A DNA stretch of 64,000 nt from an uncultured Pseudobdellovibrionaceae bacterium (lineage in GTDB: Bacteria > Bdellovibrionota > Bdellovibrionia > Bdellovibrionales > UBA1609), in contig CAYMDP010000007.1 in NCBI GenBank assembly GCA_964389375.1, positions 8,701 through 72,700 of the forward strand. Direction: 5' to 3'. How positions within the stretch are numbered: the stretch's first letter is position 1; every line of letters starts with the position of its first letter. The notes under the pieces were generated by a model. It worked only from the letters and a program-made list of their open reading frames with translations, had not been told where the DNA came from and did no database searches. Below, piece by piece: positions 36,107 through 44,527 of the stretch. The position numbers and the translations under genes are program-made.

Positions 36107-38440
36107 TTACTTGCGTCCGCTCGGGGCACGGTTTTTTAGGGATAAAACCACACTTTGTCTGCGGTCTCTCGGAACAATAATCGAGCGCTCAGCAACTGAT
36201 TTTGTGTAGGGATTTTCTGCTCGAATCACGATCTTTGTTTCTGCGGGTACGGCGTAGCGAGTGATCGGTAGGCGACCTTCATTTAAAAGCTTCCCGTTGA
36301 TATAAATCCTTACATCTTTAGGCGGGAGAACATCAATATCGATGTAACCTATAAGTGCATTTTGAAGAGTTGCATTCAGTCGATTTGGGATAGCCGTGTC
36401 TTCAGTGTAATCCAAGATGTATTCTAGATAGCCTGTTCTGCGTAAAGACAGCTGTACTGCGCCAGTTCGAGGAAGCGAAATTTTACTTGGGGTAATCGAT
36501 CCTGTGTTGGTTCCGTTAATGTAAATCTCTGCCCCTGAGGGTTTACTTGTGATTAAAAGATCTCCTCTTTGAACGGGTGTTGGAGCGGTCTCCAGATCAC
36601 TGACTTCTGAAATTTCGCCAGGGGCTGGAGTCTCAGTGATAACGGGAAGATTTTGTGTGGGCTCAGAAGGCTGAGCTACTTTTAAATCTGGTATTCTAGC
36701 TTCGCCTATTTTAATTCCTAAAATTCGATGAATGGGACCCAAAATAGGGTTTGTCATCGCGATCACTGGTCTCATGGGCTGTGGAAATATTTTAGCTAAA
36801 GCCAAATAACTTCCGACTAAAAAGGCAAAAACGATCGCTAGACTACTGATCGAACCAAGGGCTGCCGCCTTGACCTTTGAACCAATCGGAATTTGTGTTT
36901 GAGTAAAGCGAGTGGCGGGTCCGCGCATTGTTCTTTCGTTGAGGTGTCTGTCTTCGCTGTCATGAGATAGAACGTACGGATTTTGTGCAGTGACATGAAT
37001 TTCTCGCTTCAATTCATTGCGGAGCGCTCGCTCATCTAAAACTCCGCTTTTTCCGCTGCGAGAGACCGAAATCGACGGAATAATTTCATCATCTTCCTCT
37101 ACGACCTTGCTGCTGATCTCAGGAGGAGTCGCAGGGGTATGAGTCACTTGGGTTACTTGAGTCGCCTGGGTGACTTGAGTTTCTTGCTGAGTTTTGTTCA
37201 AAATATCACTTTTATTAAAGCCAGACTGTGTTTCTGAAAAACTAATCTGTGATGCCGGAAACGAGGACTCGCCTTGAGTCTTATTTGACTTAGATTGAAA
37301 CTCAGATTCGGTCACTTGGGTCTTTGAAGATTTTGGATTGATGAAGCTGTTAGTGCCTGGATTAAAGGATGGTGCCGACACCAAGGTTTTTTCGTCTTCA
37401 TCGACTAGATCGTGAGAAGAGATTTCTTTAAATGGCACTTGAGCGTATTCGATCAAGCGCTGACGATTGTCGAGAATGTCTTCTGCAAAAAGAGTTTTAA
37501 TAAATACTGCAAAGTCGTGAGTGGAAAAGTCGGGGAATTGTCGATTTAAAAATCGATTTAAATCTCGATAGATCGCGGCAGATGTTTGGTAGCGCAGGTT
37601 ACGGTCTCGAGTCAGTGCCTTTTGAGCAATACGCTCGAGCTCTTGATGGATATTTGGATTAATCTTTCTTAGGCTTGGAACCTGACAGTCTCGAATTTTT
37701 CTTAAAGTATTAATCTCGTTGTTTGCGATAAACAATCTGTCGTTTGCTAGAAGTTCCCAAAGGACAATACCAAGTGAAAAAATGTCGGTTCGTAAGTCAA
37801 CCGGCTGCCCTTCGGCTTGCTCGGGACTCATATAGCCGAATTTTCCCTTTAGAGTTCCGGCTCGGGTATTTTCGATCTGGCTTTCTGCTTTTGCGATTCC
37901 AAAATCGACGATCTTCACTTCGCCTTCGAAGCTGACCATCAAGTTCTGAGGACTGATATCTCTATGCGTGATATTTAAAGGCTTTCCAGTGGATCCATCT
38001 AGACAGCGATGGGCATGGTCTAATCCGCCGGCGACTTCTTTGATCATGTAAACGATCTGATCAATCGAAAATTGTGAATTCGATTTTTTCATCTTGTTTA
38101 GAATCTGTCTTAGGTTTTTTCCCTCGACGTAATCCATGACCAAGAAGAATTGATCCTTTTGAACTCCAAACTCATGAATCGTAACGATGTTACTGTGGCT
38201 TAGATTGATGGCAATCTTGGCTTCTTCTTTAAACATGTCGATAAATTCTGGGCTGTCAGCAAATTGAGGAAGAATACGTTTAATCGCAACAAATTTGCCG
38301 ATGCCACCGGCACCAGGAGCTCTAGCAAGAAACACTTCGGCCATACCACCCATGGCCAGCTTTTCCATCAAGACGTATTTTCCAAAATATTCGTACTTCT
38401 TTGCCAAGCTTTGATCCTCGAGGTTCTCTTGGCTTATCAT
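36107..38440 (-). CDS. Ser/Thr protein kinase with a TM helix and C-terminal PEGA-type domains
   Basis: Kinase motifs GGMAEVFLA, VAIKR, HRDISPQNLMV, DFGIAKA. A mid-protein TM segment. C-terminal ITSKPSGAEIYINGTNTG and IDVLPPKDVRIYINGK (PEGA-like). Confidence 0.88.
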   Translation of the reverse strand: MISQENLEDQSLAKKYEYFGKYVLMEKLAMGGMAEVFLARAPGAGGIGKFVAIKRILPQFADSPEFIDMFKEEAKIAINLSHSNIVTIHEFGVQKDQFFLVMDYVEGKNLRQILNKMKKSNSQFSIDQIVYMIKEVAGGLDHAHRCLDGSTGKPLNITHRDISPQNLMVSFEGEVKIVDFGIAKAESQIENTRAGTLKGKFGYMSPEQAEGQPVDLRTDIFSLGIVLWELLANDRLFIANNEINTLRKIRDCQVPSLRKINPNIHQELERIAQKALTRDRNLRYQTSAAIYRDLNRFLNRQFPDFSTHDFAVFIKTLFAEDILDNRQRLIEYAQVPFKEISSHDLVDEDEKTLVSAPSFNPGTNSFINPKSSKTQVTESEFQSKSNKTQGESSFPASQISFSETQSGFNKSDILNKTQQETQVTQATQVTQVTHTPATPPEISSKVVEEDDEIIPSISVSRSGKSGVLDERALRNELKREIHVTAQNPYVLSHDSEDRHLNERTMRGPATRFTQTQIPIGSKVKAAALGSISSLAIVFAFLVGSYLALAKIFPQPMRPVIAMTNPILGPIHRILGIKIGEARIPDLKVAQPSEPTQNLPVITETPAPGEISEVSDLETAPTPVQRGDLLITSKPSGAEIYINGTNTGSITPSKISLPRTGAVQLSLRRTGYLEYILDYTEDTAIPNRLNATLQNALIGYIDIDVLPPKDVRIYINGKLLNEGRLPITRYAVPAETKIVIRAENPYTKSVAERSIIVPRDRRQSVVLSLKNRAPSGRK

Positions 38441-38496
38441 CGGAGTAAATCAGGTCGATCTTGATGTTTTTACTGAAGTTAGGCTAAAGTTTAGAC

Positions 38497-39132
38497 ATGA
38501 GATGGATAGGACTTACAGGTGGAATTGGTACAGGCAAAACGGCCGTAAGTCGTATTTTGAAACGACGAGGTTTTCCAGTTGTCGATGCCGATGAGTTGGC
38601 ACGTGAGGCCGTCCGTCCCGGGGCTAAAGTCCTGCAGGATCTTCGTCGAGTTTTTGGCCCTGAAATTTTTAAACCTGATTCTGATTCCCTAGACCGAAAA
38701 GCCCTGGGCGAATTGGTTTTTTCAGATCCGGGGAAGCTGAGTGAGCTTGAAAATTTGATTCATCCAAGTATTCGAGCTTTGGCAGATCAAGAGCGCGAGC
38801 GCCTTCAGGAGGAAGGATTTTCAGTCGCATTTTATGCGGTCCCTCTGCTTTATGAAAAGGGAATGCAAGAGCTCTTTGACGAAATCATCTGTGTTTATTG
38901 TCGACCCGAGATTCAGCTTCAACGGATCCTCACAAGAGATGGAATCAGTCAAAGGCAAGCTGAGGAAAGGCTTTCGAGCCAGTGGCCGATTGCGGAGAAG
39001 TCAAAGCTTGCAGATTTTGTCATTCTTAATGAAGGAAGCCTAACCGAGCTAGAGTTTGAGGTTTTACGAACCTTAAATGCGATGAAACTTTCAGAAAGTT
39101 ACCAAGACCAGCTATACCCAAGGCTCATGTAA
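38497..39132 (+). CDS. coaE: Dephospho-CoA kinase
   Basis: IGLTGGIGTGKT P-loop at the N-terminus. About 200 aa with a typical CoaE layout. Confidence 0.88.
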   Translation: MRWIGLTGGIGTGKTAVSRILKRRGFPVVDADELAREAVRPGAKVLQDLRRVFGPEIFKPDSDSLDRKALGELVFSDPGKLSELENLIHPSIRALADQERERLQEEGFSVAFYAVPLLYEKGMQELFDEIICVYCRPEIQLQRILTRDGISQRQAEERLSSQWPIAEKSKLADFVILNEGSLTELEFEVLRTLNAMKLSESYQDQLYPRLM

Positions 39133-39740
39133 AGAGCAGTGCTTTCGAGTCCCACTCCGCCTTCTAGCTCGATGCGCACACTCTTTGGAAGAGTCAGTAC
39201 GTCCTCGAGGCCTATGGCAAATTTGGCGATGTAATTTTTAATTGAAAAGAAGGTCGCAAGGTTTTCATTTGTATTTGTCTGATGAGAAACACCAAGTTTT
39301 ACGTAGGGTCTAAAGTACTGATAGGGATAAAAACTATGTCTGAAACCCGCATTAATCTGCCCTTTTGAATGGCTGAAGATATCGGCTCCGAGCTCAAATT
39401 GAGGTTGTTGTTTTCGGGGAAAAAGATACTGAAAGCCCAAAAAATAGGGAACTGAACCGTCGCGGGCCAGATCCATATCGATCAAAAGTCCAAAACGGAC
39501 CGCCAATGAATTTCTAAAAGGAAAAAATTCTATCGGCTGTGCTGGAGGCGCCGAGGTCTGCGATTCGGATATAATTAAGTTATTTTTTTCGATCAAACCC
39601 GATTCAGATTCTGACTTTAATTCATTGGCCTCGGGGCTTGGAGCAGTGTCGTGGGGCGAAGCACTGGCAGAATATGTGAACAGAACTAGGACCAAGGTCA
39701 AAAAGTGGAGCGTCAATTGTGGCATACAGAATTTATTCAT
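39099..39740 (-). CDS. Small outer-membrane beta-barrel protein (function unknown)
   Basis: Signal peptide (…FTYSASAS), Ser/Glu-rich linker, aromatic-rich strands, C-terminal LGYSWSW. Its 3' end overlaps coaE by 34 nt (convergent). Confidence 0.6.
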   Translation of the reverse strand: MNKFCMPQLTLHFLTLVLVLFTYSASASPHDTAPSPEANELKSESESGLIEKNNLIISESQTSAPPAQPIEFFPFRNSLAVRFGLLIDMDLARDGSVPYFLGFQYLFPRKQQPQFELGADIFSHSKGQINAGFRHSFYPYQYFRPYVKLGVSHQTNTNENLATFFSIKNYIAKFAIGLEDVLTLPKSVRIELEGGVGLESTALYMSLGYSWSW

Positions 39741-39798
39741 ACCCTTGGAGCTAGTCTAACTATAAAATTTGAGAGCTACAACTAAGGGAGTTCATTTG

Positions 39799-40962
39799 AT
39801 GAAGAATTTAGCCCTCACAATTTTTGGTCTAAGCCTGCTTTTTTCAGAGAGCGTTTTCGCTCAAAAAGCGCCGGACTTTTCGATTCGACAAAATTATATT
39901 AGTGCCAGGGCGATGGGGATGGGGAATGCCTTTACCGCAGTTGTTAACGATCACAGCGCCATTTTTTACAACCCGGCCGCTCTCGGGCTTCGTAAAGACG
40001 GAAATATTCATCTTAACCTCGGTGCCTCTTTAGATACCAAGTATCAAAAGCTAGTTGATGATATTAAGAAATCCGGAGAAGACCCAGACGAGGTCCAGGC
40101 GATTAGTGACTTGATCGAAAGCAACTATGGTAACAACTACCATCTTCGAGCTCCCGTATTGGGCTCTTTTTGGGTACGACCGAATTGGGGAATTGCCTTT
40201 ATACCAGCGGACTTAACCGTGGATATCTCGATCCATCGCCAAGTTGGACCCATGCTCAATTTAAACGCTTACTTGGATTCGACGATAGCTTATGGTTACG
40301 GCCGAAAAGTGAATTGGCTCGGAAAGTATTGGAAGAGTGCTGCTGGAATTACGGTTAAGGGCGTTCACAGAATCAACGCTTCTAAGTCTTTGATTGCTGC
40401 TGAACTTGCGACGGACTCTACAGTGTTTGAGACAAAAGATGCCGATGAAGGTTTTACTCTGGACGCAGACATTGGTTTTTTAGTTGAAGCCCCAATTCCG
40501 AAGAAGGGTTTTTGGTCCTTTTTGAAGTACGCAAGACCAACTTTTTCTTTAGTAGCCCGAAATATTTTAGACTATGGTTTTCCGATGAATTTTCATCTTC
40601 TGGACAAAAACTCAGGAGAGCCGACAAAGTTAGGACGTCGATTTGATGTGGGTTCCAAGTGGGAACTGCCCAAGGTTTGGGTTTTTGATCCCCATTTTGC
40701 TTTTGATATTAAGGACATTGGACACGAAAACTTCACTCCCAAAAAGGGTCTCCATGCAGGGATGGAGCTTTATTGGACAATGTTCAATTGGTGGAAGGGC
40801 CATTGGGCGGTCGGTATAAACCAAGGTTATTACACTTTAGGTGTGGGCGCTCGCTTGGCTTGGTTTCAGTTTGATCTAGCGACCTATGGAGAAGAAGTCG
40901 GAATTGCCGACCAAGCTCGCGAAAGTCGCAGATACATGGCCGAACTCTCTCTCGATTTCTAA
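39799..40962 (+). CDS. FadL/TodX/PorV-like outer-membrane barrel, paralog 1
   Basis: Signal peptide from ATG 39799 (RBS AAGGGAG). N-terminal plug-like motif ARAMGMGNAFTAVVNDHSAIFYNPAALG (compare E. coli FadL [27 protein letters not shown]). C-terminal RRYMAELSLDF. Confidence 0.6.
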   Translation: MKNLALTIFGLSLLFSESVFAQKAPDFSIRQNYISARAMGMGNAFTAVVNDHSAIFYNPAALGLRKDGNIHLNLGASLDTKYQKLVDDIKKSGEDPDEVQAISDLIESNYGNNYHLRAPVLGSFWVRPNWGIAFIPADLTVDISIHRQVGPMLNLNAYLDSTIAYGYGRKVNWLGKYWKSAAGITVKGVHRINASKSLIAAELATDSTVFETKDADEGFTLDADIGFLVEAPIPKKGFWSFLKYARPTFSLVARNILDYGFPMNFHLLDKNSGEPTKLGRRFDVGSKWELPKVWVFDPHFAFDIKDIGHENFTPKKGLHAGMELYWTMFNWWKGHWAVGINQGYYTLGVGARLAWFQFDLATYGEEVGIADQARESRRYMAELSLDF

Positions 40963-41067
40963 AAAGTCCCAGGTCCGAAAATCGGACGCGCCGCTTCTGA
41001 AACTCAACTGAAAGTGCCAGGTCCGATATTCGGACGCGGTCCGTCCGAATATCGGACCTGGCACTTT
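40962..41067. repeat. Family-3 elements: a half-copy (40962-40990) followed by a 26-bp-stem hairpin (41011-41036 and 41042-41067)
   Basis: AAAGTCCCAGGTCCGAAAATCGGACGCG, then AAAGTGCCAGGTCCGATATTCGGACG-CGGTC-CGTCCGAATATCGGACCTGGCACTTT. These share CCAGGTCYGA…CGGACGC with 29878-29942. The first copy starts at the stop codon of the upstream barrel gene. Confidence 0.85.
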
Positions 41068-41167
41068 TGTGACTTCAATAATCTCTTGATCCAGTCTAAT
41101 AATCGCCCTCATTGTTCTGCACATCCACTAAATAAAAGTTGATGAAAGATCACTCTAGGAGAGATTT

Positions 41168-41539
41168 ATGAAAATTTTAATTGCAGCGATTTTAGGTTTA
41201 TTTATTTCAAATTCCGGATACGCCGGGGATCAATCCGGAATTGAATTTTATGAATGTGACGGAACCATTGAGATGGTCGAAGACTTTATTAATACCTATG
41301 AATACGGAAATGTGGATGATCCGGAGATGGATCAAGTGAAAGCCCTTCATGTCATGTTGGATAAGTATCGGGATCAATTGAAGAGCGGAAAAAAAACTAC
41401 GATTAAAGTGTGCCCAGGCTATGATGAGGAAGGCGATTTGGTTGAGATTACGGTTACTGATTGGGGTAAATGGAACCCTGTGGACGAATGCGAAATTAGT
41501 AGGATTAATGCTGGGGAATATGAGGTATTCTGTTTTTAG
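41168..41539 (+). CDS. Small secreted protein (function unknown)
   Basis: Signal peptide MKILIAAILGLFISNSGYAG, 123 aa, 4 Cys, upstream GGAGAG RBS. Confidence 0.6.
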   Translation: MKILIAAILGLFISNSGYAGDQSGIEFYECDGTIEMVEDFINTYEYGNVDDPEMDQVKALHVMLDKYRDQLKSGKKTTIKVCPGYDEEGDLVEITVTDWGKWNPVDECEISRINAGEYEVFCF

Positions 41540-41571
41540 CCGCAATCCTCTAAATGCCCCTTAATAATCTC

Positions 41572-42285
41572 TTAAGTGCAGGTGCTGGGAGTGCCCGGGG
41601 TAAATGTTTTTCCGTTCATGATACAAAGAAGAGCAGTGCCTTGCTCGCTTCCATAGCTTTCTGACTCAGTAATTTTTGTGCAGACGTCTGAAGTCGCATT
41701 ACTTCCTGTGCAATAGGTTGTACTTACGGTCGAGGCAATTCCCGCTAGAGTGGCCGCATCACAAGAGCTAAGGCACTGATCTACAGCCGCGTCGATTTCT
41801 GCTTGGCTGGGTAAAACCCCATTAGCGAGATCCCCAAATGCCCCACCTGGAGCGACCGCATAAAGAGAAGTTCCCATCACACTTAAGCTACCCAAATACA
41901 CCAAGGAAGAAAGTCCGCTTTTTTTACAGAATGAGTTTGCAAGGTTTGCCTTTTCAAGTCCATCCGCCGGTGAAGTTCCGGTAAGAGTTAAAGCCGAAAT
42001 AAATGCAGCCTCTTTGTTCGTCGCAGAAGTATCCAGTTGTTTGTAGGCATTGACCAGTCTTTGAGTCGTCAATCCACCAGAGTAAAAGTAGATCGAACAT
42101 TTTAAGACATTGGCTTGAGCGGTGTCGTATCCCGAAATGGAATCAAGACAGGTTAAAGCCGTGTCCGAGGTCGCCGCATCGAGGCAGGCTTGAGCTTTAA
42201 CCAGATCTGTCTTTTCTTTATTTTCACAAGCTGTAAAGAAGACAGAAGAAATAAGTAATCCAACAACCAATACGTTTTTTAACAT
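41572..42285 (-). CDS. Cys-rich lipoprotein A (function unknown)
   Basis: Lipobox FFTAC. Ala/Ser/Thr-rich, about 14 Cys, ends …PSTCT. Divergent from barrel paralog 2. Confidence 0.65.
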   Translation of the reverse strand: MLKNVLVVGLLISSVFFTACENKEKTDLVKAQACLDAATSDTALTCLDSISGYDTAQANVLKCSIYFYSGGLTTQRLVNAYKQLDTSATNKEAAFISALTLTGTSPADGLEKANLANSFCKKSGLSSLVYLGSLSVMGTSLYAVAPGGAFGDLANGVLPSQAEIDAAVDQCLSSCDAATLAGIASTVSTTYCTGSNATSDVCTKITESESYGSEQGTALLCIMNGKTFTPGTPSTCT

Positions 42286-42451
42286 GAAGCCTCCTGCTTA
42301 CGACGCACTCTTAATTATGAACTGATCCGCAACTCGAGACAAGAATCGATCTACCTATTGTATAAAAACCGGCTCTGGTCCTAAGAAGAGACAACTCGGC
42401 CTTGGTCTTGAAATAATAAGATGTCTCAACTTGATTCACTGAGCATCCGAA

Positions 42452-43543
42452 ATGTTCTTTATGAAATCGAGTCTTTTTTGCATTGGTATTTCCCTTTTGA
42501 TACTTCAGTCCTCTTGGGCTCAGGCTAGAGAGCGCTACGAACTCTACAATGGAGTTCGTCAACTCGGAATGGGTGGAGCTGCGGTCGCTGTGGTTAACGA
42601 CGAGACGGCTCTTTTGATAAACCCAGCCGGTCTTGGAAAATTAAGGGACTACATTTTTACTTTGGTTGATCCAGAGATTGATGTAGGAGCAAAAAGTCTT
42701 TCTGTCGTAAACACACAGGTCACCAAGCCCCTGAATCCTCAACAAACATTAGATCTTTTAAACGAAGGTTTTTTAGACTCACATCTTCATCAACGGGCAC
42801 AGGTGTTTCCATCACTCGTTTTGCCAAACTTTGGTCTTGGTGTTTTGGGAAAGTATCAGGTCGATGCAAAAGTAAATTCCGAGACCAACACTTTTCAATA
42901 CGATTACGTCAACGACTTTGCCCTAGTGCTTGGCTTTAACTTTCGACTCTTTGATGGGCGCATCAAGCTCGGGTTCAATACACGATTTCAGAATCGAGTC
43001 GAAGTACTAAGAGATGATATTGCAAGCAATTCAACAGATCTAAGTCTTGGAACTTTGGGTTCAGAGGGGATGGGCGTTGGATCAGATTTGGGAATTATTT
43101 TAGCGGCTCCTTGGGCGCTTCTTCCGACCGTCGCCGCAGTCTTAAGAGATGTGGGCGACACCAAATACAGTTTTAAGGATGGACTTTTGACATCGGCTAC
43201 GACCTTGCCAGAAACCACTAAACAAACTTTGGATGTCGGAGTCGCACTTTTTCCGATTATGGGAAAAGGGGTTCGCGGGACTTTTACTGCGGATTATCGA
43301 GACGTAATGAATGTAAAAGAAGAAAAGGACTCTATGCGTAGAGTCCATGTGGGGGCAGAGCTGAACCTAAGTGATATTCTTTTCTTGAGAGCAGGAATGA
43401 ATCAACGTTACTGGACAGCCGGTGCGGAGGTTGCATTTTTAAACTACCAGTTGCAACTTGCAAGCTACGGAGAAGACATTGGAGTCGATGAAGCGCCAGT
43501 AGAAGATCGACGCTATGTCGTGAAGTTTTCTTACCGGTTCTAA
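42452..43543 (+). CDS. FadL/TodX/PorV-like outer-membrane barrel, paralog 2
   Basis: Signal peptide. RQLGMGGAAVAVVNDETALLINPAGLG motif. C-terminal RRYVVKFSYRF. Confidence 0.6.
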   Translation: MFFMKSSLFCIGISLLILQSSWAQARERYELYNGVRQLGMGGAAVAVVNDETALLINPAGLGKLRDYIFTLVDPEIDVGAKSLSVVNTQVTKPLNPQQTLDLLNEGFLDSHLHQRAQVFPSLVLPNFGLGVLGKYQVDAKVNSETNTFQYDYVNDFALVLGFNFRLFDGRIKLGFNTRFQNRVEVLRDDIASNSTDLSLGTLGSEGMGVGSDLGIILAAPWALLPTVAAVLRDVGDTKYSFKDGLLTSATTLPETTKQTLDVGVALFPIMGKGVRGTFTADYRDVMNVKEEKDSMRRVHVGAELNLSDILFLRAGMNQRYWTAGAEVAFLNYQLQLASYGEDIGVDEAPVEDRRYVVKFSYRF

Positions 43544-43693
43544 GGCAAAAGCATCTCAATCCCCCATGTTTCTTGTCCCCCAGAAAAGTCTAGCGACAAA
43601 GGTCCGAACTTCGAGCTAAACCTCGCTCTTGGACTCCCGTATTCACAGCAGATAGAGCTAAAATAAAGGATGTCAGTTAAGGAGAAATCATCC

Positions 43694-44527
43694 ATGGATG
43701 GACGAATTCGAATTCTATTCCGTTTAGCGCTTGGTCTTTTTTTTCTTTTAAATATCCAAGCCTGTTCCGTAAATATCTTGACCGAATTCGCAGATGAGCA
43801 ATCCGATGCGGCACTGAAAGTTGATGCCATGAAGTTTATTAACCGTGGGGAATATCAAAGTGCATTGGATCGCTTTGCTTTGATGTCGGCGGATTATCAA
43901 GCGCGCAGAGATATTGTTGTTTTAAGGGCCAGCGCCTACGGAGGCCTGTGCGGTTTAGATTTTTTGAATCTGATCGTCGCCCTTGAAGACTTGTCGGGCC
44001 AAAGCATTATAGAAATGTTATTAAGTACCTATGTCGCAGGCACCGCAGATCGAGTCACAGCCTGTCAAAATGCAGAAAATTTGATCGAATCGATTTCTGT
44101 GGATGAATCACTTCGAACAGGAGATGAAAATCTTCTGATGCTTTTGTTGAACATGGCCAAGATGGGAACGGTCTTGGCTCAAAGTACCGCCGATGCAGAT
44201 GATGACGGAACCGTGGACGGTGGCTTTGATCAGTGCTCGACAATTGTTGAGGCCGATGTGCGTAATTTTGGATATTCATTTCTTCTGGCACTAAAGGCGA
44301 TCAGCGGTCAGACCGTCCTTGATCCCAGTTTGGTTCCTTCGGGACTGTGCTCACTTCCACCTCCCTACGACACGGTTTGTGACCGAACGAGCCCTGCAGA
44401 TTTCACTGCAGACGAGGTAAGACTTTTTCGTGGAGTCATCGGCGATGATTCTGCCGGCGGAAGAATCGGACTTGGAACCTGTGGAGCGGGAGTCGACTTC
44501 GCAACCTGTGCGGTGGCTTGTCCATGA
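43694..44527 (+). CDS. Cys-rich lipoprotein B (function unknown)
   Basis: I prefer ATG 43694 (AAGGAG 9 nt upstream). Lipobox-like LNIQAC, helical body, Cys-rich C-terminus ending …CAVACP. Confidence 0.6.
   Translation: MDGRIRILFRLALGLFFLLNIQACSVNILTEFADEQSDAALKVDAMKFINRGEYQSALDRFALMSADYQARRDIVVLRASAYGGLCGLDFLNLIVALEDLSGQSIIEMLLSTYVAGTADRVTACQNAENLIESISVDESLRTGDENLLMLLLNMAKMGTVLAQSTADADDDGTVDGGFDQCSTIVEADVRNFGYSFLLALKAISGQTVLDPSLVPSGLCSLPPPYDTVCDRTSPADFTADEVRLFRGVIGDDSAGGRIGLGTCGAGVDFATCAVACP

Noticed and set aside
42311-42562. 83-aa minus-strand ORF in and over the divergent promoter region and the start of barrel paralog 2. Similarly, minus-strand ORFs at 43332-43830.
   Set aside because: They overlap better-supported genes or their signal-peptide regions and have no motifs.
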